Origin: an uncultured Thermoplasmata archaeon | Lineage (GTDB): Archaea > Thermoplasmatota > Thermoplasmata > Lutacidiplasmatales > UBA184 | Length of the DNA: 64,000 nucleotides | Reading direction: 5' to 3' | Assembly (NCBI GenBank): GCA_963708255.1 | Contig: CAVPSE010000002.1 | Coordinates: forward strand, 437,842 to 501,841 | Part shown: one piece after another, positions 21,198-30,947 of the stretch | Numbering within the stretch: the first letter of the stretch is position 1 | Layout of the letters: each line of letters begins with the position of its first letter | Translations under genes and position numbers: made by a program | The notes under the pieces: generated by a model | The model's input: the letters and a program-made list of their open reading frames with translations, nothing else | Told to the model about the DNA's origin: nothing | Databases searched by the model: none

Positions 21198-21530
21198 AAA
21201 GGTTGTGGGGCGCGCGGCCCGCCCGACGCGGTCCGAGGGCCAGAATCCTTTCGGTGCCGGTGGGACCCCCTGGGCGGGTCGGTGGAGCGCAATGTCTGTA
21301 CAATTCGGTCACGCGGGAGCCCCCCTTCCCCGGACCGTGCTAGGACATGGGCTACCCGGTGCCACCTCTCGGAATGGTTCCTATCGGTGGCCCGAGGGTC
21401 GGATGCGCATAGGTGTGTGTCGAAGTCAATATCGTCAAACGACGATTAAGTTTGCCCAACCTTCAAATACCACTGGCCACACGTCGCGTCCTTCGGCGGA
21501 GCGACGACGGCACCGCGGAGGAAAGACCGA

Positions 21531-22082
21531 ATGAACATGCGGACAAGGAGCCAGCGACAGTGGAGAAAGAAGGCCAAGCGCGGGGTGTCCCCCATCATCG
21601 CGACGATTCTGCTCGTCGCGATCACGGTCGTATTGGCGGCCGTGCTGTACATCCTGATCTCGGGCCTGACGAAGGGGCCGGGCAACACGCCCCTCGGAAC
21701 GTCCCTCGCCCTCGGCACTCCCGCTGAGGCGCAGAAGGGCGCGGGCGCTACGACGAACAACTGGTACAACTTCACCGTCCAGTCGGCGGGCGGCGGCATC
21801 ATCCTGAACAACATCCAGTTCCAGGTGGTCACCGCGACCGGCTCGATCGTCACGCCGGGCGGCAGTTGGACGATGAGCGCGCTCGGGATCACGGGTACCT
21901 CGGTGGGTACCTACTCGTTCGCGACCGGCCTGTGGACCGCGGGCGGAACGACGATCATGACCAGCTCCCAGACCCTCGTGCTCAACGCCGTCGGAGCGAC
22001 GAGCCTGAGCGCGCAGGGCGATCAGCTGAATGTCATCGGAACGGGTTCCTTCCAGGGCTCGATCTCGGTGAACATCCCGTAA
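21531..22082 (+). CDS. Archaeal type IV pilin (class III signal peptide, Pilin_N/DUF1628-like), paralog 1
   Basis: MNMRTRSQRQWRKKAKRG|VSPIIATILLVAITVVLAAVLYILISGL is a canonical KRG|VSPII prepilin-peptidase site plus a hydrophobic helix. GGAGG lies 10 nt upstream. Confidence 0.8.
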   Translation: MNMRTRSQRQWRKKAKRGVSPIIATILLVAITVVLAAVLYILISGLTKGPGNTPLGTSLALGTPAEAQKGAGATTNNWYNFTVQSAGGGIILNNIQFQVVTATGSIVTPGGSWTMSALGITGTSVGTYSFATGLWTAGGTTIMTSSQTLVLNAVGATSLSAQGDQLNVIGTGSFQGSISVNIP

Positions 22083-22112
22083 GGGAAGGAACAATCGTAG
22101 GAGCAAACCAAG

Positions 22113-22664
22113 ATGCAGGTATTGAGTGACAGAAAGAAGGCCTGGCGACGGGCGCGCAAGCGCGGGGTGTCCCCCATCATCGCGACGATTCTGCTCGTCG
22201 CGATCACGGTCGTGCTGGCCGCGGTGTTGTACATCCTGATCTCGGGTCTCACGAAGGGACCCGGCAACACGCCCCTCGGAACCTCCCTCGCGCTGAACAA
22301 GCCGGCGGAGGCTAGCAAGGGAGCGGGCGCCACCACGAACAACTGGTACAACTTTTCCATCCAGTCGGCGGGCGGCGGGATCATCCTGAACAACATCAAC
22401 TTCCAGGTGGTCACGTCCACGGGCGGAATCGTGACGCCGGGCGGAAGTTGGACGATGAGCGTCCTGAACCTGGGCGGCACCGTCATCGGCACGTACAGCT
22501 GGGCGACTGCGTCGTGGACCCTCGGCGGGACCACGCCGATCACCAGCTCTCAGACCATCGTCATGAACGCGGTCGGGGCGACGAGCCTCTCCGCTCAGGG
22601 CGACGCGATGAACGTCATCGGGACGGGCACCTTCCAGGGCTCGATCTCGGTCGCGATCCCGTAG
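22113..22664 (+). CDS. Archaeal type IV pilin, paralog 2
   Basis: Same length (183 aa) and same RKRG|VSPIIATILLVAITVVLAAVLYILISGL N-terminus. About 80% identical to paralog 1 by eye. Confidence 0.8.
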   Translation: MQVLSDRKKAWRRARKRGVSPIIATILLVAITVVLAAVLYILISGLTKGPGNTPLGTSLALNKPAEASKGAGATTNNWYNFSIQSAGGGIILNNINFQVVTSTGGIVTPGGSWTMSVLNLGGTVIGTYSWATASWTLGGTTPITSSQTIVMNAVGATSLSAQGDAMNVIGTGTFQGSISVAIP

Positions 22665-22691
22665 GTCTGAACCCGCGCCCCACGCCAAACC

Positions 22692-22710
22692 CCTTCCTTT
22701 TCCCTTTTTC
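22692..22710 (+). terminator. Oligo-T tract downstream of the pilin pair
   Basis: ccTTccTTTTcccTTTTTc lies 28 nt after the pilin-2 stop. T-runs are the usual archaeal termination signal and are rare in this GC-rich sequence. Confidence 0.4.
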
Positions 22711-22887
22711 ATGAGCTGGGTCGGACGACCGCCCCTGCGGTTCCACACCGCGGAGCGACGAGCCGCCCCGTGGCCGACTCGCCCCTCCGCTTGGGCGGCA
22801 CCCCGTCGCTCGGCGGCGCGGGTCGAGCCGAGGCGTCCTGGTCCCCCCTAGGGGATGATCCAGGGGACGAGGACCGGAGCCGGACGC

Positions 22888-24183
22888 CTAGAGATCCTCG
22901 TCTGAGTCGTCGTCGTCCTTTCGCGGAGGTCGGCGCCCGATCCGAGGCCGCGGCCGGCCGCCGGCGGAACCGTCGTGGGAGGTACCCCCGTGGGACCGAT
23001 GGGGCGCCTTCGAGGCTCCGTGGGGGGCATCCTCCTCATCATCAAGGGACCGGAACGGATGGCGCCAACTTCGGCCGTGATCGGGGGGAGACTCGTCGGG
23101 TTCCTCGGGCTCCTCCTGAGCCTTCCGCCGGGGGTCCTCGATCCCTTCGGCCCGGAGGAGGTAATGGAACCCGAGGGCGAGGCCGACGAGCCCGGCGACG
23201 GCGAGGCCCATGAACTCCCAGGACTGGGTCGGGACCTCCTGGGCGTTGCCGTTCAGCAGGAGCTTCACCGAGCCGAACCAGGGCAGCATCCCGCGGGCCA
23301 CGCCGACGATCCAGCCGGGCTGGACGAGGCTCGTCAAGGCCGGTTCGTCGGGGATCCCCTGCCCGGAGGCGATATTGTTGTCGCCCATGGTGACGAACCC
23401 ACTGGAGCTTCCGACGCTGGCAAGGTCGACGTGGATGTAGACCGACTGCCATCCGATGTCGCGGAGGGTGAGGACGCCGCGGAGGTCCGTGAACGCGCAC
23501 CCGTTCCCGATCAGGGAGGAGTTCGCGCTGTAGACCCAGTTGGGGGCGGTCCCGCACGGCAGGCCTGAGAGCTCGGGGGCGCTGAACGACCCGTCCGAAT
23601 TGGCCGTCAGGTAGACGATGGCTCGGTGGATGATAGGTGTCCCCCCGGAGGCCCCGTTCGGGTTATACAACAGTACGTCCCCGTACTCTCCGTAGGTGCT
23701 GTACCCCCGGGTCATTCCCACCACGTACGGCGTGATCGTGGCCAGGGAGGCCTTCTGGGCGAGCACGAGGTCGCCCGTATTGATCAGCCCGACCTGGTCA
23801 ACGTCCCCGTGTTGCATGCTGCTGGATTCGACGACGTACAACGGTGGCCAGTTCTGCGTGTAGGCGTACAAGGAGACGAGGATCAGCACGATGACCGCGA
23901 GGGCCACAAGAGGTTCGAAGAAGACCGAGTCGCGGGCCCGGTAGTAGATCGGTTCGCGCTCTCCCTTGGGGGGACGCCACCGCCGCTTGCCGCGCGAGGG
24001 CTTCGCGTCGTCGCCCTCCTCGGGGTCCTCCTCCTCGCCCTCCTCCCCGGCGGGCCACGGCTTGGGGGGAGCGCGATGATGGCGGTGGGACGCTCTTCGC
24101 GGGGGAGCGCGTTTGGGTGACTCCTCCTCGTCCTCTTCGTCGTCCTCGTCAGGATCGTCGTCCGGGGGATCCCGCCGACGCAT
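22888..24183 (-). CDS. Signal peptidase I, archaeal/ER type (S26B, Sec11/SipW-like) with charged low-complexity termini
   Basis: ATG 24183 inside ORF 22888..24486. VVESSSMQHG (Ser motif), IIHRAIVY (His motif), VTMGDNNIASG. N-terminal D/E- then K/R-rich ~100 aa. C-terminal charged tail after a second TM. Confidence 0.8.
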   Translation of the reverse strand: MRRRDPPDDDPDEDDEEDEEESPKRAPPRRASHRHHRAPPKPWPAGEEGEEEDPEEGDDAKPSRGKRRWRPPKGEREPIYYRARDSVFFEPLVALAVIVLILVSLYAYTQNWPPLYVVESSSMQHGDVDQVGLINTGDLVLAQKASLATITPYVVGMTRGYSTYGEYGDVLLYNPNGASGGTPIIHRAIVYLTANSDGSFSAPELSGLPCGTAPNWVYSANSSLIGNGCAFTDLRGVLTLRDIGWQSVYIHVDLASVGSSSGFVTMGDNNIASGQGIPDEPALTSLVQPGWIVGVARGMLPWFGSVKLLLNGNAQEVPTQSWEFMGLAVAGLVGLALGFHYLLRAEGIEDPRRKAQEEPEEPDESPPDHGRSWRHPFRSLDDEEDAPHGASKAPHRSHGGTSHDGSAGGRPRPRIGRRPPRKDDDDSDEDL

Positions 24184-24214
24184 CTCCCCCCGGCCTCCGT
24201 TTTGGGCCTTAACG

Positions 24215-24913
24215 CTATCCGTGGACCGGCACGACCGGCCGATCGAGGATCGCGACGCCGCCCCGCACGACCACGAGCCCGAGCACGAACAGCGGGACCA
24301 GGAACAGGTCCGAGAACGGCCACGAGATCCCGAGGGCCTCGCCGCTCCAGAAGACCGCGAACGCGAGGACCAGGGCCGTTGTGCCGAGCTTGAGCCACGG
24401 GACCTTGATCCGGCGGATCCTCTCGTGGAGGAGCGCGGCGAGGGCCACCAGGAGGACCCCCGCGAGGGCGGTGCCGATGAGCGCATCCGAGCCGTACCCC
24501 CCCGCCGCCAGGGCGATCAGGACCACCACGGCCTCCGTGGCCTCGGTGGCGCCGACCGTGAAGCCGCCGGCGAACAGGAGCGAGGGGGCAGGAGGCGGGG
24601 AGGAGGCCCCTGACGCCCGCGCCCGGGCCCTCCGATACGACTTGAGGGTGCTCCGGAACAGGAAGATCGTGAAACCCGTCAGCACGATCGCCGAGCCCGC
24701 GAGGAGCCACATGTGGGGGACCCGGAGGAGGGCCGCACTGAACCCGAGGGCGATGCCACCGACGACGGCAGTTCCGGCGACCGCCCCGAGGCTCCCGTGC
24801 CGAGCCGACTCGGCGTGGGCGGACAGTGCGAAGACGAGGGCGACGACCTCCGTCATCTCCACCATGACGATCAGGAACGCGGCCACGACCGCCGGCAGGT
24901 AGACCGAGACCAC
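24215..24913 (-). CDS. Polytopic membrane protein, family not recognised
   Basis: ORF 24215..24913, about 6 hydrophobic helices and two similar halves (…MTEVVALVFAL… / …ATEATEAVVVLIAL…). Confidence 0.4.
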   Translation of the reverse strand: MVSVYLPAVVAAFLIVMVEMTEVVALVFALSAHAESARHGSLGAVAGTAVVGGIALGFSAALLRVPHMWLLAGSAIVLTGFTIFLFRSTLKSYRRARARASGASSPPPAPSLLFAGGFTVGATEATEAVVVLIALAAGGYGSDALIGTALAGVLLVALAALLHERIRRIKVPWLKLGTTALVLAFAVFWSGEALGISWPFSDLFLVPLFVLGLVVVRGGVAILDRPVVPVHG

Positions 24914-24966
24914 GCTTGCCCGACGACCGCCAGATTTTAACGCATGCTGAGCGGCTGAGAGAGCCG

Positions 24967-25602
24967 ATGGGTCGCCGTTTCATCGACATTTCTACCCCGA
25001 TCGAGAACGGCATGGCCGGGTTTCCGGGAGATCCCGAGGTCCGGATCCAGCGTTCGCACTCCCTCGAGCGCGGGGATCCGTACAACCTCTCCTCCCTCGC
25101 GTTCGGCACCCACACGGGGACCCACGTCGACCCCCCGATCCACTTCATCCCCGGCGGGGCCACCATCGACCAGCTCGACCTCGACCGTCTGAACGGGCCG
25201 TGCTTCGTCGCGAGCATCCCGAGCTCGGTCCACGTCGTCCAGGCGTCGGATCTTGCGTCCGTCCCACCGGACGTGGAGCGGCTCCTCCTTCAGACTTCCA
25301 ACTCGGCCCGATGGGAGTCCTCGGCCGGTTTCTTCCCGGACTACGTCGCGCTAGCGCCATCGGCGGCCGAGGCGCTGGTGGCCCGGGGGGTCCGGCTGAT
25401 CGGCCTCGATGCTCAGTCCATCGAATCGGACCCGACGAACCGGTACCCGGTCCACCACCTGCTTCTCGGCGCCGGCGTCCTCATCCTCGAGGGGCTGCGG
25501 CTCGCCGGGGTCGCTCCCGGCCGCTATGAGCTCGGCTTGCTCCCTCTGCGGATTCGGGACGGCGACGGCGGCCCGTCCCGGGCGGTCCTTCGCGCCCTCT
25601 AG
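24967..25602 (+). CDS. Cyclase-family protein / arylformamidase-like
   Basis: ATG 24967 in ORF 24916..25602. FIDISTPI...FGTHTGTHVDPPIHF...LIGLDAQSIE, characteristic of the PF04199-type cyclase fold. Confidence 0.7.
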   Translation: MGRRFIDISTPIENGMAGFPGDPEVRIQRSHSLERGDPYNLSSLAFGTHTGTHVDPPIHFIPGGATIDQLDLDRLNGPCFVASIPSSVHVVQASDLASVPPDVERLLLQTSNSARWESSAGFFPDYVALAPSAAEALVARGVRLIGLDAQSIESDPTNRYPVHHLLLGAGVLILEGLRLAGVAPGRYELGLLPLRIRDGDGGPSRAVLRAL

Positions 25603-25610
25603 GAGATCCG

Positions 25611-26042
25611 ATGGGTTGGCCGGCGGTGCCAGGGCACGGGTCGTTCCTGTTGGCCCTCGACACGACCGCGTTCTACGTCCTGGTCGCCTCCCTGTTCGTC
25701 TTCGTCGGAATGCTCTGGCTGCTCCATGCGCGCTACCCGGGCCGGAAGCGGGGGCTCGAAGGGTACCTCGAGGCGGCCGGCATCACCCTCGTGTTCCTCT
25801 CCTCCGGCCTCGCCTTAGTGGTCGCCCTCGTCATGCACGACCCCCACGGCAACCGTACCTCGTACGCCCTCTACCAGGTCGTGCTCTCTGGGTACTGGTT
25901 CTCCTTCGCGATCCCCGTCGTCACGGTCGGGAGCTCGGTGGAGAGCCGTTCCCGTGGCCGGATCCCATGGCTGATCCCCTCCGTGATCGTGGCGGTCGCG
26001 ATGTTCGGCGTGCTGTTCGCGTACTACTTCGCGGTCCTGTAG
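25611..26042 (+). CDS. Membrane protein (4 predicted TM), unknown function
   Basis: ORF 25611..26042. Hydrophobic segments, GC3-rich frame. Confidence 0.35.
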   Translation: MGWPAVPGHGSFLLALDTTAFYVLVASLFVFVGMLWLLHARYPGRKRGLEGYLEAAGITLVFLSSGLALVVALVMHDPHGNRTSYALYQVVLSGYWFSFAIPVVTVGSSVESRSRGRIPWLIPSVIVAVAMFGVLFAYYFAVL

Positions 26043-26057
26043 GCGGGCGCGGGGGGT

Positions 26058-26240
26058 CTAGTCCCGGTCCGACGGGGGCAGCAGGTCGGGGATCCCATCC
26101 TGGATCGGGTAGTCGGCCGGGCACGTGGGGCACTTCAAGGTCCCCTCGAGGATCTCATCGCGGTCCTTGCGGACCACCACCAGCGTGAGGTCGCCCTTGC
26201 AGACAGGGCAGCACAGGATCTCCAGTAGGTCCGGTCTCAT
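26058..26240 (-). CDS. trm112: Trm112-family small zinc-ribbon protein
   Basis: [18 protein letters not shown]...[20 protein letters not shown]. 60 aa. ATGA overlap with the aIF2-gamma stop. Confidence 0.65.
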   Translation of the reverse strand: MRPDLLEILCCPVCKGDLTLVVVRKDRDEILEGTLKCPTCPADYPIQDGIPDLLPPSDRD

Positions 26241-27474
26241 CGCCCCGGGCTCTCCACGATCCCGTACCCGATCAGCCGCCACGCGGCGATCTTCCGGGAG
26301 ACCGCCACGCGGCTTCCGGGGAAAACGGTGACGGCCCGGGCGAGGTTCAGTTCGATCTCGTCGCCCCGGGCGCTCGTGACCTTCCCCGGCGCCACGGTAG
26401 TGCCCACGGTGATCGAGAGCATTTCGCCGGTGCGGACCTTCTCGACCTTGAGGTCCCCCTTGGAGCCGAGGACCCGGTCCAGGAGGGTGACCTTCAGCCG
26501 TACCTTCTGGCTCACGGGAGGGAGGGTGCCGGCGGTGCCCACCAAGCGGCCGGTAAGGCCATCCCCCTTCGCCAGCGCCGGGTCGAGGCTGGTGCCCACC
26601 GCGGCGAGGCCGCCCGGGCCGCAGCTCGTCGAGCTCGTGGCCCCCGGAGATGAGCGAGGTGACGGTGCCATGGAGCGACTCGGCCTGGACCTCATTGGGG
26701 CCCGCGATCCCGGGCCGGATCTCGATCGCTTCGCCGATCTTCATGTGCCCCTGGACGAGCGAACCGCCCAGGACGGCCCCCTTGAGGTCCCGGGGCCGGG
26801 TGCCGGGGCGGTTGATGTCGAACGACCGGGCGACATACAGTAGAGGGGGTTTGGTGAGGTCACGGGGCGGGGTGGGGATCGTCGCCTCGATGGTGCCGAT
26901 GAGGGCATCGATGTTCACCCGGTGGTTGGCCGAGATAGGGACGATCGGCGCTTGCGCGATCGGGCTCCCCTTCAGGAACTGGGTGATCTCCTCGAAGTTC
27001 TTGGTCGCCTCCTCGCTGGTGACCAGGTCGATCTTGTTCTGGACGACCACGACCTTGCGGACCCCGATGATGTCGAGGGCGTACAGGTGCTCCCGGGTCT
27101 GCGGCTGGGGGGCCTTCTCGTTGGCCGCGACGAGCAGCAGGGCCCCGTCCATGATGGCGGCGCCGCTGAGCATCGTCGCCATCAGGGTCTCGTGGCCCGG
27201 CGCGTCGACGAAGGAGACGGCCCGGAGGAACTTCGCCTTGCCCCCGCAGCCGGCGCAGGTAGGCTCGATGGAGTAGCAGGTCGGGGGCGGGCAGTCGGGG
27301 CACTTGTAGAAGGCCGCATCGGCGTACCCGAGCTTGATGGAGATGCCCCGGCGGAGCTCCTCGGAGTGCCGGTCGGTCCACTCCCCGGTCAGGGCCTGGG
27401 TAAGGGTGGTCTTCCCGTGGTCGACGTGGCCCACGAGTCCGATGTTGACCTCGGGTTGTTTCGGGAACTTTCAT
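26237..27474 (-). CDS. eif2g: Translation initiation factor aIF2 gamma subunit
   Basis: [10 protein letters not shown], zinc knuckle CPDC...CAGCG, NKIDL. Domains II/III come from ORF 26237..26695. Frame breaks occur two codons after ATG 27474 (AAA run 27469-27471) and at ~26650. Confidence 0.95.
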
Positions 27475-27850
27475 GACGCGCTGAGCAGCTCCGAGAGCGG
27501 CTTGCTTCCCTTCTGCTCAACGACGAGGTTGATCTGGACGGTGTCTTCGCTGATGGCGCTGCCCCGGAAGGTCCGACGCTTCCGCTGCCCCTTCCGAGGG
27601 GCGTGGAAGCCGAAGCCCCTCGCCGACGAAGATCCGCACGAGGCGCGACCCGGGGACCTCGTGCCGGAGCGACGAACCCGCTCTTGTCGGTCCCACCCGA
27701 GATCGTGAGGGTGTAGCCCGGTAGGCCGATCAGCTCGCCGCCGATCGTCTCGCCGATCCGCTTCCCGAGGAAGCCGGCGGACTGGGGGTCGGTGACGGGG
27801 CGGGCGTACGACTTCGCCGCCTCGGAGATGACGAGCTTGAACTCGACCAT
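27471..27850 (-). CDS. rps6e: 30S ribosomal protein eS6
   Basis: MVEFKLVISEAAKSYARPV...LIGLPGYTLTISGGTDKSGF, then RLVRIFVGEG and GFHAPRKGQRKRRTFRGSAISEDTVQINLVV in other frames (2 breaks, ~27655 and ~27610). The stop overlaps the eif2g ATG. Confidence 0.85.
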
Positions 27851-27881
27851 GCGATAGGTGCCGCGCGCCAAAGGGGGTCGG

Positions 27882-27889
27882 TTTAAAAG
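27882..27889 (-). promoter_or_regulatory. TATA box for the rps6e-eif2g-trm112 operon
   Basis: The minus strand reads CTTTTAAA, 32-39 nt upstream of ATG 27850. Confidence 0.5.
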
Positions 27890-28033
27890 CTTGACCGAGG
27901 CGCGGCGGTCCGGCCGACGGGAAACCCCGCGCCGCCCGAACCCCGGGGGTCGTGGCCGGGCGCCCCGTCTCGTCGGGCGGTGGGCTCTTAACCCACGGTC
28001 CGCGTCGGGCTCCGGGGCGGTAGTCACACCCCC

Positions 28034-28945
28034 GTGGACGTTACCCAGGTCGCACCCCCGGCGGGGGCCGCACTCCTCCTCATCGGCCTGGGCGTGGCCG
28101 CCTATGCCGACTGGCGGTACCGGGAGGTATCCGATGTGCTCTGGATCCTGCTGGCCGTCGGCGGGCTGGCCGTTGGGATAGGGACCCTGGCCGCCTCCGG
28201 CGCCCTATCGCTGGTGCTGTGGGTGGTCGTGGCGTTGTTCGTCCTGGAGCATATGGTCCCATGGGACGACTACGTCGGCTCGATCGATTGGCTGCCCGGG
28301 GCGCTCGAGATGGGCGCCTATGGCGGGGTCGGCGTGCTCCTGCTCGTCGTCGGCCTCAAGGACGGGTTCGGGACCTCGGGCGTTCCGACCACCGTGGCGG
28401 CCGTCTACATCTCGGTCCTGTTCGCGCGGGGCCTCTTCGAAGCCCGCGTCCTGTACGGGGGCGCCGACGCAAAGGCCCTGATGGTGGCGGCTCTCCTCGT
28501 CCCGGTGTACCCCCACCCATGGCTACCGGTCGGGGCGAACCCGACGATGGCTCTCTCGGTGTACCCGTTCGCGTTCACGCTGCTCCTTAACGCCGCGGTC
28601 ATCGCGATCGCGGTCCCTCTCCTCCTCTTCGTCCGCAATGCGATGCGGGGGGAGCTCGACGGGCTCCGATCGTTCACCGGGTACCGGATCGATGTGGCCG
28701 AGCTACCGGAGCGGTTCGTCTGGGTGAGGGACCCAACGTTCCATGCGGACCCGGAAGAGGAGGATGTGGAGACCTCCGAGGACGACCGGCACCTCCGGGA
28801 ACGCCAGCGCGACCGGTTGATGGCCGAGGGGGTCCGACGGATCTGGGTGACCCCGCAGATCCCGTTCGTCGTGCTCATGGCCCTGGGGGCCCTCGTCGGG
28901 ATCCTCGCCGGGAGCCTTGCGTTCGACCTGTTCTCCGTCCTCTGA
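28034..28945 (+). CDS. Prepilin/preflagellin peptidase (A24 family, FlaK/PibD/EppA-like)
   Basis: ORF 28034..28945. First Asp motif [13 protein letters not shown], second GGADAKAL. About 8 TM with a large cytoplasmic acidic loop. Confidence 0.75.
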   Translation: MDVTQVAPPAGAALLLIGLGVAAYADWRYREVSDVLWILLAVGGLAVGIGTLAASGALSLVLWVVVALFVLEHMVPWDDYVGSIDWLPGALEMGAYGGVGVLLLVVGLKDGFGTSGVPTTVAAVYISVLFARGLFEARVLYGGADAKALMVAALLVPVYPHPWLPVGANPTMALSVYPFAFTLLLNAAVIAIAVPLLLFVRNAMRGELDGLRSFTGYRIDVAELPERFVWVRDPTFHADPEEEDVETSEDDRHLRERQRDRLMAEGVRRIWVTPQIPFVVLMALGALVGILAGSLAFDLFSVL

Positions 28946-28989
28946 GCGCCCCGGGAACTCTTATGGCGCTCCGAGCTCCCCGGCCCTCG

Positions 28990-29411
28990 ATGCCTCGGTC
29001 CACGAAGCCCGGCACCGCCCGATCCGGGTCCTGATCGCGAAGCCCGGGCTCGATGGTCACGACCGGGGCGCCAAGGTCGTCGCCCGCGCACTTCGGGACG
29101 CCGGGATGGAGGTCATCTACGCCGGCCTGCGCCAGACACCCGAGGAGATCGTCGAGTCGGCGATCGAGGAGGACGTGGACCTGATCGGTCTCTCGTGCCT
29201 CTCGGGGGCGCACATGGCCCTGTTCCCGAAGGTCCTGCAGATCCTGAAGGAGAAGAAGATCCAGGACGTTCCGGTGTTCGCCGGCGGGATCATCCCCGAC
29301 GAGGACGCCCGGTCCCTTCGGAAGGCTGGCATTAAGGCCGTCTTCGGCCCCGGGACCTCTCTCGAGGAGATCGTCGCCACCGCGCGACGGATCGCCCGGC
29401 CCCACGCATGA
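28990..29411 (+). CDS. Methylmalonyl-CoA mutase small subunit (B12-binding domain)
   Basis: [44 protein letters not shown]...[15 protein letters not shown] 28990 is out of frame with the body, so a frame break in the first ~12 codons is assumed. The alternative is the TTG 28917 of the track ORF. Confidence 0.85.
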
Positions 29412-30374
29412 CCTCGTCTGGCTCCCTGCCCGGGCCAGCTCGGGCCGTCCTCCAGGGCGACCGGCATGCGCTCGCTCGCCTCATTACCGCCGTCGAGAAC
29501 CAGGACCCCTCGGCGGTGGCCTCGTTACGGGCGCTCTACAAACGCACCGGGCACGCCCAGATCATCGGGATCACGGGGCCCCTCGGGGTCGGAAAGTCCT
29601 CGCTGATCAATGCCCTCCTCGCGCGCCTCCGGGCGCAGGGCCGGAAGGTCGGGGTGGTGGCGGTCGATCCGTCCAGTCCGTTCTCCGGGGGCTCGGTTCT
29701 CGGGGACCGGATCCGGATCGAACGGCGTCCGGGGGACGACGGGGTCTTCCTCCGATCCATGGCCGAGCCGGGGACATACGGGCGGCGTCGCAGCGTCGAC
29801 CCGGCGAGGTCTGCCGCCTCCTGGACGCCTTCGGGATGGACGTCGTGATCGTCGAGACCGTCGGCAGCGGGCAGGTGGACGTGGAGATCCGTGAGGTCGC
29901 CTCCACCAGCGTGGTGGTCGTGGTTCCCCACCTGGGCGACGAGGTCCAGTCCCTCAAGGCCGGCCTGTTCGAGATCGCCGACGTGTTCTGTGTCAACAAG
30001 TCCGACCTACCGGGCGCTGACCTGGCGGCCAAGGACCTGGGGGAGCTCGTCGGGCTGGGGCCCGGCCGCGATGCCTGGCGACCGGCCGTGGTCACCACAT
30101 CGACGACCGATGGTCGCGGCCTCGACGACCTGTGGAGCGCGGTGGACGCGCACGAGAAGTTCCTCGACCGGAGCGGCCTCCGGGCGGCGGCCGATCGGCG
30201 ACGGCTGGCCCAGAGATCGCCGGGATGGTGGCCGACCGGGTCGGGCGGGAGCTTCGGGATGCCATCGACAGGGACCCGGACCTTCAGGCGCTCCTGGACC
30301 GGGTCGTTCGGCGCACCCTGGATCCGTACTCGGCGGCGGACCGCCTGTACAAGGACATCCGCCGCGAGGGGTGA
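29408..30374 (+). CDS. meaB: MeaB/ArgK-type G-protein chaperone of methylmalonyl-CoA mutase
   Basis: [13 protein letters not shown] (P-loop), [34 protein letters not shown]. Assembled from ORFs 29408, 29610, 29836 and 30132 (3 frame breaks). Confidence 0.85.
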
Positions 30375-30947
30375 TCCGCCCTGTCGCTCGTCGCCATCGC
30401 GCTGCTCCTCCTGATCATCGCTATCCTGGTGGCGATCTACTTCGTGTTCGCCTCCTTCGCCTGGGGCGCCGGGTACCAGCCGGCCCCGGGAAGGTTGCGC
30501 GGCGCATGCTCGAGCTTGGGGAGGTAGGCCCGTCGGATGTGGTCTACGACCTCGGGGCCGGGACCGGCGCGATCATCTTCCGAGCTGCTCGGGACCGGGG
30601 GGCCACCACCTTCGGGGTCGAGCTCGAGCCGATCCGGATCGCGGTCCTTCGGCTTCGCCGACGGCTGGGACCGGCGAGGGACAGGATCGACCCTCGTTTG
30701 GGGAGACATCTTCTCGGTGGACCTCACGGCCGCCACCGTCGTGACGGCGTTCCTGTGGCCAGACGCCATGGCGAAGCTCCGTCCGATATTCGAGACGCAG
30801 CTAAAGGCCGGCACCCGGGTGGTCAGCCACTGGCACCCGGTCCCCGGGTGGAAGCCTCAGGACGAGGACACCCGGCTGCGCGTCTATCTGTACCGGATGC
30901 CGCCGACGCTCTTGGACGACGGAGCTACGGGAACCCGTGGACGTTGA
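30371..30947 (+). CDS. Membrane-anchored class I SAM-dependent methyltransferase
   Basis: TM segment LSLVAIALLLLIIAILVAIYFVFASFAW. Then VARRMLELGEVGPSDVVYDLGAGTGAIIF...GVELEP (SAM motif I). Then the C-terminus from ORF 30537..30947. Two to three frame breaks. The start codon is uncertain. Confidence 0.6.

Larger units (their letters stand above)
21531..22664 (+). repeat. Tandem gene duplication, period 582 bp (two pilin genes)
   Basis: Start-to-start distance is 582 bp. Nucleotide stretches such as cgcggggtgtcccccatcatcgcgacgattctgctcgtcgcgatcacggtcgt occur in both copies. Confidence 0.8.

Noticed and set aside
21514-21527. GGAGGAAAGACCGA resembles the RNase P RNA CR-I motif (GAGGAAAGUCC).
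   Set aside because: It sits 4-17 nt upstream of the pilin ATG and works as a Shine-Dalgarno-like GGAGG. The rest of an RNase P RNA would have to overlap the pilin coding sequence, and no other conserved regions were seen.
21531-24183. Pilin pair plus convergent SipW-like signal peptidase as a TasA/archaeal bundling-pilus type system.
   Set aside because: The two proteins have canonical class III (prepilin-peptidase) signal peptides and a type IV pilin N-terminal helix, not SPase I-cleaved TasA-like domains. The genes are convergent, not co-transcribed.
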